A stretch of 64,000 nucleotides of DNA from Stegostoma tigrinum (taxonomy: Eukaryota). Positions 26,687-37,740 of the stretch are shown in pieces. The stretch covers positions 17,585,989 through 17,649,988 of the forward strand of contig NC_081373.1 of the NCBI RefSeq assembly GCF_030684315.1. The letters run 5' to 3'. Position 1 is the first letter of the stretch. The number at the start of each line of letters is the position of its first letter. Position numbers and translations under genes: made by a program. Below the pieces are notes generated by a model. That model was not told where the DNA came from and searched no databases. It was given only the letters and a program-made list of their open reading frames with translations.

Positions 26687-28436
26687 TACATCCCCCTCTC
26701 TGATGAAGGGTCTAGGCCCGAAACGTCAGCTTTTGTGCTCCTGAGATGCTGCTTGGCCTGCTGTGTTCATCCAGCCTCACATTTTATTATCTTGGAATCT
26801 TCAGCATCTGCAGTTCCCATTATCTCTGATACTATTTTAACCTCACTGCGAAGCCTCTTCCAGGGATGCCTAACCTGAAGAAGTTATCCTCCTCCCTCCG
26901 GACCAACCTCAGGGAATCTCTCTCCCATTGCAACTCTCTTGTCTCCACCTATCTTCTTTACTCTCCATCTTCGGTCCGCCTCCCCCTCTCTCCCTATTTA
27001 TTCCAGTTCCCTCCCCCCATCCCCCTCTCTGATGAAGGGTCTAGGCCCGAAACGTCAGCTTTTGTGCTCCTGAGATGCTGCTGGGCCTGCTGTGTTCATC
27101 CAGCCTCACATTTTATTATCTTGGAATCTCCAGCATCTGCAGTTCCCATTATCTCTGATACTATTTTAACCTCACTGCGAAGCCTCTTCCAGGGATGCCT
27201 AACCTGAAGAAGTTATCCTCCTCCCTCCGGACCAACCTCAGGGAATCTCTCTCCCATTGCAACTCTCTTGTCTCCACCTATCTTCTTTACTCTCCATCTT
27301 CGGTCCGCCTCCCCCTCTCTCCCTATTTATTCCAGTTCCCTCCCCCCATCCCCCTCTCTGATGAAGGGTCTAGGCCCGAAACGTCAGCTTTTGTGCTCCT
27401 GAGATGCTGCTTGGCCTGCTGTGTTCATCCAGCCTCACATTTTATTATCTTGGAATCTCCAGCATCTGCAGTTCCCATTATCTCTGATACTATTTTAACC
27501 TCACTGCGAAGCCTCTTCCAGGGATGCCTAACCTGAAGAAGTTACCCTCCTCCCTCCGGACCAACCTCAGGGAATCTCTCTCCCATTGCAACTCTCTTGT
27601 CTCCACCTATCTTCTTTACTCTCCATCTTCGGTCCGCCTCCCCCTCTCTCCCTATTTATTCCAGTTCCCTCCCCCCATCCCCCTCTCTGATGAAGGGTCT
27701 AGGCGCGAAACGTCAGCTTTTGTGCTCCTGAGATGCTGCTTTGCCTGCTGTGTTCATCCAGCCTCACATTTTATTATCTTGGAATCTCCAGCATCTGCAG
27801 TTCCCATTATCTCTGATACTATTTTAACCTCACTGCGAAGCCTCTTCCAGGGATGCCTAACCTGAAGAAGTTACCCTCCTCCCTCCGGACCAACCTCAGG
27901 GAATCTCTCTCCCATTGCAACTCTCTTGTCTCCACCTATCTTCTTTACTCTCCATCTTCGGTCCGCCTCCCCCTCTCTCCCTATTTATTCCAGTTCCCTC
28001 CCCCCATCCCCCTCTCTGATGAAGGGTCTAGGCCCGAAACGTCAGCTTTTGTGCTCCTGAGATGCTGCTTGGCCTGCTGTGTTCATCCAGCCTCACATTT
28101 TATTATCTTGGAATCTCCAACATCTGCAGTTCCCATTATCTCTGATACTATTTTAACCTCACTGCGAAGCCTCTTCCAGGGATGCCTAACCTGAAGAAGT
28201 TACCCTCCTCCCTCCGGACCAACCTCAGGGAATCTCTCTCCCATTGCAACTCTCTTGTCTCCACCTATCTTCTTTACTCTCCATCTTCGGTCCGCCTCCC
28301 CCTCTCTCCCTATTTATTCCAGTTCCCTCCCCCCATCCCCCTCTCTGATGAAGGGTCTAGGCCCGAAACGTCAGCTTTTGTGCTCCTGAGATGCTGCTTG
28401 GCCTGCTGTGTTCATCCAGCCTCACATTTTATTATC
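26687..28436 (+). repeat. Head-to-tail array of 5.3 x 329-bp PLE-derived units, each with a hammerhead motif (retrozyme-like)
   Basis: Exact 329-nt period and about 99% identical units. HHR cores start at 26700, 27029, 27358, 27687, 28016 and 28345. The array is flanked by the direct repeat taggag (26681-26686 and 28437-28442). Confidence 0.95.
26698..26729 (+). ncRNA. Minimal type I hammerhead ribozyme motif (copy 1 of 6; others at +329 steps)
   Basis: CUGAUGA-A-GGGUCUAGGCCC(helix II)-GAAA-CG-UC^AG. The core is complete, with an extra A after A9 and a palindromic ACGU helix III. Predicted cut is after 26727. Contiguous helix I is only 2 bp (CU/AG). Confidence 0.75.
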
Positions 28437-28649
28437 TAGGAGCTTAGAATTTTTAAGTAGAAGTACAAAGTGCATGCATTTAAGAATTAATTATGAATCA
28501 ACACAAAATATTGGGCAGGTACTAAATGCAGTAATGTACATAGCTTTGCATCCTTGTTATTGAGAGAACATTAAGCCATTTTTAGAACATCCAGCAAAAA
28601 AAATTACCAGAATAATGTTAGGGTTAAGACACCATAGTTATGGTGTTAG

Positions 28650-28780
28650 TGATAATGGGAACTGCAGATGCTGGAGAATCCAAGACAATAAAATGAAGGG
28701 TCTAGGCCCGAAACGTCAGCTTTTGTGCTCCTGAGATGCTGCTGGGCCTGCTGTGTTCATCCAGCCTCACATTTTATTGT
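28650..28780 (+). mobile_element. Fold-back PLE family-1 insertion with 17-bp TSD
   Basis: An inverted segment (tgataatgggaactgcag...gacaataaa) is followed by atgaagggtctaggcccgaaacgtc...attttattgt. TSD catagttatggtgttag at 28633-28649 and 28781-28797. Confidence 0.92.
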
Positions 28781-28900
28781 CATAGTTATGGTGTTAGACT
28801 TATTTCCACTGAACCAGAAATAACTAATGGAAATTTAATAGAGCTTTCTGCAAGTAGGACAAATTCTGAAACAGTGAAAAAGGAAAGACAATTTCTTCTG

Positions 28901-29000
28901 AAACAAAAACAAAAACAGCTGGAAAAATTCAGCAGGTCTGGCAGAATCTGTGGAGATAAATCAGAACTAATGTTTCAATTTCAGTGAACCTTCTTCACAA
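28901..29000 (-). mobile_element. PLE family-2 pseudo-LTR fragment
   Basis: aaacaaaaac...gctggaaaaattcagcaggtctggcag...taatgtttc...gtgaaccttcttca. Confidence 0.7.
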
Positions 29001-29252
29001 AGGTTCTGATAGAGAGCCTGTAGAGACACATTGGATGAATAGCTTCTTTCAGTGTTGTAAATTCCATAGGGTTCTATTGTTCATTGCAAATTAAAAGTTG
29101 GAAAAGTGTGTGACATTACAGGAAATTGCTTTAAGAAGAAAAATATGTAAAATAGTTTTCACATTCTCCGAGTGATGCAAAGCAGTTTGCAGCAAATTGA
29201 AATATCTCTGAAGAGTAGATGCTGCTGTGTCGACAAATGTACATCAAAATGT

Positions 29253-29498
29253 CCAGGTTCGAGTCCAGCCTCGGGCAACTATCTGTGTGGAGTTTGCACC
29301 TTCTCCTTGTGTCTGTGTGGGTTTCCTCCCACAGTCCGAATATGTGCAGGCTAGGTCGACTGGCCGTGCTTTGGAAATGCATGGTTACAGGGATAGGGCA
29401 GGGGGCTGCTTCTGGGCAGGATGCTCTTTGGAGGATTGGTGTAAACTTGATGGGCCCAAAGGCCTGCTTCCACACTGTAGGGGTTCTTTAAAAAAAAA
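29253..29498 (+). mobile_element. HE1 SINE, 5'-truncated
   Basis: B-box ggttcgagtcc, V-domain and CR1-like tail. Confidence 0.85.
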
Positions 29499-29737
29499 GC
29501 AATGAAAAAAATGACAAGTAAGTAAGGTTCTATGTTATTAGGTGAGCAATAAAAGTTGGTCAGGAGGATATTTGAAGCCCTCCCTTGCACTTTTTCCAAT
29601 AGTGTGGGTAAATTTTATATAGTCATCGATAATGGCAGACAGGGGTGCAGAAAATGGAAAGTAGTACAAATGATGGTGGGGGTGTATACCGTACAGCTTG
29701 CTCAAATTTACATCCCACTGATATCGGTCAAAAATGA

Positions 29738-29958
29738 TATCAGTGATAATGGGAACTGCAGATGCTGGAGAATCCAAGATAATAAAATGTGAGGCTGGAT
29801 GAACACAGCAGGCCCAGCAGCATCCCAGGGGCACAAAAGCTGATGTTACGGGCTAGACCCTTCTCTCTGATGAAGGGTCTAGGCCCGAAATGTCAGCTTT
29901 TGTGCTCCTGGGATACTGCTGGGCCTGCTGTGTTCATCCAGCCTCACATTTTATTATC
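29738..29958 (+). mobile_element. Fold-back PLE family-1 insertion with 14-bp TSD
   Basis: Near-perfect inverted arms meet at the HHR (ctctctgatgaagggtctaggcccgaaatgtc). TSD tcggtcaaaaatga at 29724-29737 and 29959-29972. Confidence 0.92.
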
Positions 29959-31189
29959 TCGGTCAAAAATGAAATTGGGTTGTGTGGAAAACAGGACCTG
30001 ATCTGCTTTCCTGTATGAGGTAATGTTAAAATTATTCGCACTAAATAGTTTAGCAGCTTATTTTAAAAGGCAATGCAGCAAATTCTTAGTACTGCTTTGA
30101 AATAGCAGCATAATTTACAAGGTTATAACTCATGACCATCTGATTTAGAGGATAGAATGCTACCTCTGAGTCAAACTGACATTTAAGTACATAATTGGAA
30201 GAACCTTTCAGCAAGCCAGGCTTGTGTGATGCCTCAGTTCTAACAGATTCACTTAAGAATCAAAAGCCAATGATCCTTTGCTAAAATATGTTGCTAAAAT
30301 AAGTTTTAATTAGTAAATTGATAAACCTTAAAGTTTCATTCCCAACTGGAAGCAGAAAATTAATTTTGGATAAAACTGAAATAGTTCAATGACTACGGGC
30401 CAAATCTTATGGCTTTTTAGGAATTACCACACTTCGTGGCTCATCACTGACAATTTTATGCTTTAGTATCACATGCTCCCAACTTTGATCTAGGTCTTAT
30501 CGAACTTCTTGTCTGATTCTGCCACAGATCTTGACAGAGCCCATGTCACTCAGACCCCTGTAAAATTCCACTGTGTATCTTTTATTGGAGTTACTAATTT
30601 TTTTTTTCTCTGTGACGCAAGTTTTTAACACAAGAAAAATGATCTTTGATGCAGAACCATCTGTGATTCTGAAAGCCAGAGTAATTTAAAAATATTTAGT
30701 TTGATGAATGTTGTATCATGTGCATCTTTAATTGTAAAACAAAATTAAAAATTGACTGCTTTTGTACAACAGAAGCATGCAACTTGTCTGACCTAACATC
30801 AAGTTCTGAGGATATTTTCAAGTGTTGTGCAAATAAAAATCACATCAATCTTAGCTCCTTCCCTTTAGCAGAGTACCTGGTCTTCTGTCACTGGCTCCTG
30901 CCTGGTTTTGTCCGATCAAATGATCGTCAGTTTGTGGATTAACTGATCAGCGAACACTACTGAGGAAGAAAGTAATTTGAGAAGAAAATACATGTATTTC
31001 TGGAGAGAGAAGGATCAGGAGATTTGAGGTGAAGCTGGGGCAGGCTTACTGTGAAAAGGATAGTCCTGGGTTTAATGGGGGTTTTTTTGTACTTTTTAAA
31101 AAGATTATTGTCTCATAGATGTAATCGTAAATTCAGAGATGGAAATGGACTTCAACATTGATGCAAATCAGGCAATTGTGAATCAACTG

Positions 31190-31288
31190 CAACAAAAACA
31201 GAAATTGCTTAAAAAACTCAGCAGGTCTGGCAGCATCTGTGAAAAAAAAATCAGAGTTAACCTTTTGGGTCCAGTGGCTCTTCCTCAG
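31190..31288 (-). mobile_element. PLE family-2 pseudo-LTR insertion with degenerate 16-bp TSD
   Basis: Minus-strand HHR remnant ctgaggaagagccactggacccaaaaggttaactc; flanks aattgtgaatcaactg (31174-31189) and aattgtaaatcaattg (31289-31304). Confidence 0.75.
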
Positions 31289-31317
31289 AATTGTAAATCA
31301 ATTGTCCTTTTTCAGAT

Positions 31318-31445
31318 AATAAAATGTGAGGCTGGATGAACACAGCAGGCCAAGCAGCATCTCAGGAGCACAAAAGCTGACGTTTCGGGCCTAGACCCTT
31401 CATCATTATCTTGGAATCTCCAGCATCTGCAGTCCCCATTATCTC
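31318..31445 (-). mobile_element. Fold-back PLE family-1 insertion with 15-bp TSD
   Basis: A minus-strand HHR arm is followed by the inverted downstream segment ttatcttggaatctccagc. TSD tgtcctttttcagat at 31303-31317 and 31446-31460. Confidence 0.92.
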
Positions 31446-31755
31446 TGTCCTTTTTCAGATCTCACTTGACTTTCATTCCCATTATCCACAAGGAATTTTC
31501 CCACCTGCGATCTAATCATTTGAGAGTTAGGGTCAAGGGTAGAGGAGGAATTGACTCCCTTCTTTATAACATCCTCTTGGTTGGTCACTACAAATGGTTT
31601 TCACTTTTTATACTCATCAATTAAAATGTAATTGAATCAAAATGAAGAAGCTAGTTACCACTTATTCCTGAGCAAAAGAAAGGGATTTTATCACTTACTA
31701 ACCCCAAGGAAAAATGATAAGGCACAATATCAAACAGACCTGAGAACAGGTAAAA

Positions 31756-32020
31756 TACAGTCATAGTGTCATACAGCATGGAAACAGACCCTTCGGTCCA
31801 AACTGTACATACTGAAAATAATCTCAAACTAAACTAGTCCCACCTGACTGCTCCTGGCCCATATCCCTCCAAACTTTTCCTTGTCATGTACTAACCCAAA
31901 TGCCTTTTAAATGTTGTAATTGTACCCACATCCACCACTTCCTCAGGAAGTTCATTCTACACATTTAAAATTTAAAATTTTCCCCTCATGTCGTTTGTAA
32001 ATCTCACTTCTCTCACCTTA
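31756..32020 (-). mobile_element. CR1 LINE 3' end
   Basis: Reverse-complement CR1 3' UTR and tail (gtcatacagcatggaaacagacccttcggtcc...tgccttttaaatgttgtaattgtaccc...gttcattc). Confidence 0.75.
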
Positions 32021-35000
32021 AAATGTGCTGAAGGGAAAAAAACTCAAAGCTGTATGGTTTATGAAATTCTTGTGGTGCTGGATTTTTAACCTGAGGTGAC
32101 AGTTATTTAATGTTGACTCATATCCGAGTGGTGAATTTTGACGATATGCTTGAGTTCTTGATGAATGGCTGTTTCCCCACTCAGCTTTTTCACTGGGTGC
32201 TCTCTTTGAGATGGTGATGAAAAACCAGGGAGAGAGACCACCTTCATTTTTTTGAATTTTCCTTCTTTCCATACCGCAGCTTAAAAGCAACTGTTAAATA
32301 TAGTTCTGTTTGTGTTTCTGGGCCTGGAACCATTGTCGTTCCAAGCTAGCTAACTGGCCGATTATCCTTTCATCTGACCCAACGTGTCGTTATCACACAA
32401 GTGTGAATAAAAACGTGAAACGAATTTATGGGGCGGGTTTGGTCATCAGTTTTCAATATTTTTAATCAAAAATGACAGTTTTGCTGCAGACTCATATGAT
32501 CCAACAGATGTTATTATTAGTCAAGTCAGATCCCAGTCTGAAGCCTGGCTTGATGGATCATATTTTGTTTTGGTTTGGTTTTAATGAATTTATATTTTAC
32601 TGAAACACAAACATTCAATGTTAATTTGGTTTTAACAATAAAACTGCAGTTTAATAAGCAAAATAAATGAAGATTAAATACAACAGACCAAACCAATTAC
32701 ATATAATATGCCCTGAAAGATTTTGAAACACACAGTAAAAATATAATCCCAATAATTGCAAAATACTCCTTTACAGATCCCAAAAACACCCTTTTATGGT
32801 GTTGAAAATCACGCTAGTCACACCAGAGAACAAAATCTCTTTTTCTTACACCTCGATTGGCTTAAGTTAACTTTGACGTCAACTCCTTGCCTGGAAAATC
32901 TTGTAGCACTTTCTTGGAACTTTCATACACCAGAATTTAAAAGTTCCCAGTTTCAAATAACCTCTTTACAGTTTTATCCAAACACTTTTGATGAGGGACT
33001 GTCACTACATGCCTTATTCTAACATAATCTTGTTTCATTTGCTTCTCTCTTTCTCAGGAGCACTGCTTTATACATCTACCTTCATCCAAGAACTTCACCA
33101 GACAGCCCTAAACTAAAACAAAATCTTTTCACCAAACTGCTAGTATTTCCTTTTAACTTAAAATCAACAATTCCAGAATCTTCTATCAGAAACCTTGACA
33201 CATAATTGTTTACTTTGCTCGTCAGTAAATCCTCCTAATGTAAATAAAAACCTACTCACGCTGAAAGCTGACTCCTTCACACTGTTTTAAATAAATCACC
33301 ATGGCTACAGAAATCCCTAAGAATTAATCATTAAACTCATCAGACACACAAGTAAATCCATACACCAACAATTCAAAATTCAGTCATTTAAATTTGAAAT
33401 GATATTAAAAGAAATGTCACACATACTGTATCATAAGACAGTTTTGTTTATTCCACAGAGGTCCCATGAAGCTTGTCTCAATCTGTAGGTGACCACGTTG
33501 TCATTTTACGTACTTTTTTTTTCCTTTTCAGTAAGCATTTCAGAGCATGAAATGTCTTGGGTGTTGGTGATGGCAATTAACATTTGTTCGTTAATATTTA
33601 TTACTGTTGCAGCAGTGTGAACCTGAGGTCCGGTATTTCTTGCCTAGGCAGTGATGGAGAATTGTAAACCTGTGTGTCTGTCTTTTAGGCCTTTTAGTTC
33701 CATCTCCAGGCACCACCCTTCCCCCCCCCACCCCCACCAACCCTATGCTTGCACCTCCTGTCTCCTTTTCTGACACACTTTGGACAGATTCTTTACATTA
33801 TGTTCCATTACATTACATCCAAAGCACAAGAAAAAGCCATCAGGCTCAAATGAGTTTGTCACATTTTAATACAATCTCATCTCTCCACATCAACTGCTCT
33901 CGTGGGAGAGGTTAATTTAGACATCCGAGGATAAAATGCCTCTCTGATCCTTTAGCCATCATCAGGTGAGCCACAGCTGGTTACTTTTCGGGAAAGTGAT
34001 TTCTAGCTTCCAGATGTCATGATCACCTTTTTTCCCAAAATTCCATTTATCACCTTCTAGAAGGATTATACAAAAGCAGTCTTCATTACCCATGCACCGT
34101 GCATAAGCATTTGCCCACAGTGAGATTGTTCTTAGAATACCTGCATGCTGATGGTATCTGAGATTTGAATTTTCTTATTAATGTATATGGGTACAAACAA
34201 TTATCCCACTGTACCAAAGGTCAGGGACTTTCAAAAACGGATTTAAATGTAAAAGGGAATTTCGAACGAATTAAAAGCAACAGACATGATATGTTCATCA
34301 CATAATCAATTTCTGTATCTCATAGCCAGAAGAACAGCAAAACAAAAAGCTTCTATGGAAGCAAACGACTAACAATCAGGAGATGGGGAATTTCTATTCT
34401 TGAGGGAGCAGTGCCAAGAATGTAACATTTTGAGTGTCAACATGGGTGATGGTGCATTGGGATAATGAAATGCTGATCTGAAGCTGGTTTCCCAGCAGCT
34501 GTGAATATGTGTAAAACTTGTTAATAGGATTTCAGCATCTCCATTTTAAAAAAATTAAACAAGCCATGGAGTAGGCTTGTAGCATCGTTATGGCACTGAA
34601 GGAAGCCATTTGGCTCACCGAGTCTATGCTGCTCTCCATTGAACAATCCAGTCAGTGCCACCATAGTAGAGGAGGGCACTCTGTACTAAAGGACTGCATG
34701 TTCCTTGGTTCCTGTTTAAAAAGTCTCAGCAGGAGCCATGCCTTTATGCAGTTCTGTGTTCAAGTGGAAACAAGGTCATCTGGCTCACTGATTTAACCCT
34801 GCTGGGGGTGTAGAAGGTTGTGTAGGTAGCAGTATGAGCAATAGATCTGAAGACTCAGAAAACAGTTGAGTCCAAGATGTTGTCAACCAAGTAAAGGTCA
34901 TTAGTTGCCAGTAGTAGTATACAGCACACATACATCAAAAGTTTGTGCCACGCAGTCATAGAAACACAACTTTAAACTCGCAAACACATTTACTTCTTTC

Positions 35001-35234
35001 AAATCATAGTTTGTGTAAAACCATAGAGAAGCATTTCTACAATGATAGATACTTTTCTTGGTGAGGGTTGGAGGGATGCGATGAACCTTTCAAAATTGAA
35101 AACGTTGTTTAGGAAAAAATTGCACAGAATTGAAGTTCACGTAACTCCAGAATGAGCAGTTCCAATAGTTCAGGATGGGCGTCAAATCCAAGCTTTCAAC
35201 CGGGGGAGGAGGGCTAATATCAATCATATTAGAT

Positions 35235-36680
35235 ATGATTTGGCCAGAATGGACTGGGAGCAGATACTCTCAGGTAAATGTGTCTCAGAGCAGTGGGATA
35301 CATTTAAGAAGGAAATATGGAGAATACAGGGCCAACGTGTTCCAATAATGGAAAAAGGGTGTGACCATCAAATCCTGAGAACTCTGGATATCAAGGGATA
35401 CAGAGCATTGGATTATGAGAGAAAAGGGGAGGCTTAAGGGAGGTACTGAGGGCACGAAACAGCAGAAGCCCTGTAGGAATATAGAATGTGCAGAAAGAAA
35501 CTTAAAGAGGAGATTAGGAGAGCAAGGGGGACATGAAAGGATGCTGGCAAATAAGGAGGGGAAAATCCTAAAATGTTTTACAGGGACATTAAAGCTAAAA
35601 AGGTAACAAGGGAAAAGTATAGCCTACTAAGGAACAATTGAGCTCAGTGTTGGTGTCCTTGCTAGTTGTGGTGTATATGAATGATTTAGACGCGTATGAG
35701 GGTTGATTAGTAAGTTTGTGGATGGTTCAAAAACTGGAGAGGTGGTAAATTGTGAAGAGGAGAGATTACTCCAGGATATACTCAGCATGGTCAGATGGAC
35801 TGATCACTGGCAAATGGAATTCAATCCAGATCAGTGTGAGATGATGCACTTGGGCTGGACAAACAAGGCAAGGGAAATCATGATGAAAAGTAAGACCCTG
35901 CGAAGCACCAAAGATTAGAGGGACCTTGGTATGCATGTCCACCAGTGACTTAAACTATTGGGACAGTGGATAAAGTGGTTAAGGCGACAATTGGGTACCT
36001 GTTTTTATTCCCTGAGGCACATAATTTAAGAGTTGGAAAGTCATACTGAAACTGTATAAAACATAGCGTAGGCCACAGCTAGAGTATACTGTCTGGAATC
36101 CACATTATAGGAGAGATGTGATAACACTGGAGAGGATACAGAGGAGATTTACCAGGACAGTATCACTTATGAAGAGAGATTTGACAGATGGGATTGTTTT
36201 CCTCAGAGCAGAGGAGAATGACAGGGGACATCACTGAGATGCATAAAATTATGTGGGATCAGTGACTAGAGGGATAGATTTAAGATAAGGAGCAGCTGAT
36301 TCAGTGGGGATGTGAATAAAAACTTTTTCATCCAGAGGGTGAACTCACCGAACCGCTGCAGTCTATGTGATACAGGGACACCATAGTACTGTTAGGAAGG
36401 GAGTGGTATGGAATGTTACAGCACAGGAGCTAATTTGACCCACTGAGTCCCTTTTTCAACCAGACAATGGTAAGAATCTGGAATTCACTGTCTGTAAGGG
36501 TGGTAGAGGCAGAAACCCTCGTAACATTTAAGAAGCATTTAGATGTACACTTGGAATGGCGAGGCATATAAGGCTAAGGACAAAAGCCAGAAAATGGAAC
36601 TAGAGTATTTAGGTGGTTGTTTTTGTGTGCACACAATGGGGTGAAGGGTCATTTTCTGTAGACCTCTGTGACTCTATGAG
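35235..36680 (+). mobile_element. Degraded, internally deleted CR1 LINE ORF2 and 3' end
   Basis: Peptides DWEQILSGK...QWDTFKKEI and ISKFVDGSK...WQMEFNPDQCEMMHLG; downstream gtaggccacagctagagtat...ggagatttaccagg. Confidence 0.85.
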
Positions 36681-36755
36681 CTGCAGTGGCTTATAAAACG
36701 ATCTTAACTCTATTTTATCCTTCAGGGTTTTACATCCAGTACCTTCACAGAATCT

Positions 36756-37559
36756 ATGATCTGAAGGACTGAAGATTAGTTTCAATTAGTCATCCCTATT
36801 TCAGCCCAGAATGGATAGAAGTGAATAACTGCCTGGTCGATCCACTTAGTCCTGTAGTGACTGGGAATTAGTTAATGTGCGTCATTTGTTTGGGGCTTTA
36901 CTCAAGTTGTTCATTAAATTCCTCCAGTTCATCAAAACTCTTTTGAAACAGATTTTGTCAACTATTCGCATAGTGCACTAACTGATGCACTACGCTGGGC
37001 GTCACTGGCAAGGCCCAGGCCTAACTGTACTCACTTGGTCTGCAGGCTCATTTCAGAGGACGGTTAAAAGTCAGATTGTCGAGAGTCTGCAGTAACATAT
37101 AGCTGATGCCAGTTGGCTGACTCAAAGGCAATATGTTGGAAATTAGCTCGAAAGCCCATGATCTGAAGGACTGAAGATTAGTTTCAATTAGTCATCCCTA
37201 TTTCAGCCCAGAATGGATAGAAGTGAATAACTGCCTGGTCGATCCACTTAGTCCTGTAGTGACTGGGAATTAGTTAATGTGCGTCATTTGTTTGGGGCTT
37301 TACTCAAGTTGTTCATTAAATTCCTCCAGTTCATCAAAAATCTTTTGAAACAGATTTTGTCAACTATTCGCATAGTGCACTAACTGATGCACTACGCTGG
37401 GCGTCACTGGCAAGGCCCAGGCCTAACTGTACTCACTTGGTCTGCAGGCTCATTTCAGAGGACGGTTAAAAGTCAGATTGTTGAGAGTCTGCAGTAACAT
37501 ATAGCTGATGCCAGTTGGCTGACTCAAAGGCAATATGTTGGAAATTAGCTCGAAAGCCC
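36756..37559. repeat. Tandem duplication, 2 x 402 bp
   Basis: 36756-37157 and 37158-37559 are identical apart from two substitutions that I could see (aaaactct/aaaaatct; gtcgag/gttgag). Confidence 0.95.
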
Positions 37560-37584
37560 ATTATATGGAATCATAGAATTTTAA

Positions 37585-37740
37585 AAATTAATTCATGTGT
37601 TGTGAACATTTCTGGCAAGGCTACTATTTGTGGCCCATTCCTAATTGCCCTTGGTTTAGTGTGGTGAACCTCTTTCTTGAAGCGTTGCAGTCTATGTGAT
37701 ACAGGTACACCATAGTGCTGTTAGGAAGGGATTGGTACAG
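37585..37740 (-). mobile_element. CR1/L2-group LINE (second lineage) 3' tail
   Basis: attcatg...gcccattcctaattgcccttg...tggtgaacctctttcttgaagcgttgcag, the reverse complement of the tail at 44985-45060. Confidence 0.6.

Noticed and set aside
26866-28439. Five tandem 113-aa 'genes'
   Set aside because: They are frames across a PLE-derived repeat with no recognisable domain; kept only as a speculative finding, not annotated as CDS.
29738-29958. MITE or pre-miRNA interpretation of the palindromic insertions
   Set aside because: Arms are asymmetric, inversion points differ between copies, TSD lengths vary (14-17 bp) and the sequence is PLE pseudo-LTR, which fits retrotransposition rather than cut-and-paste transposition.
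32508-33423. Possible solo LTR (tgt...aca; similarly 11795-12180)
   Set aside because: No TSD or second copy is visible; not supportable from the sequence alone.
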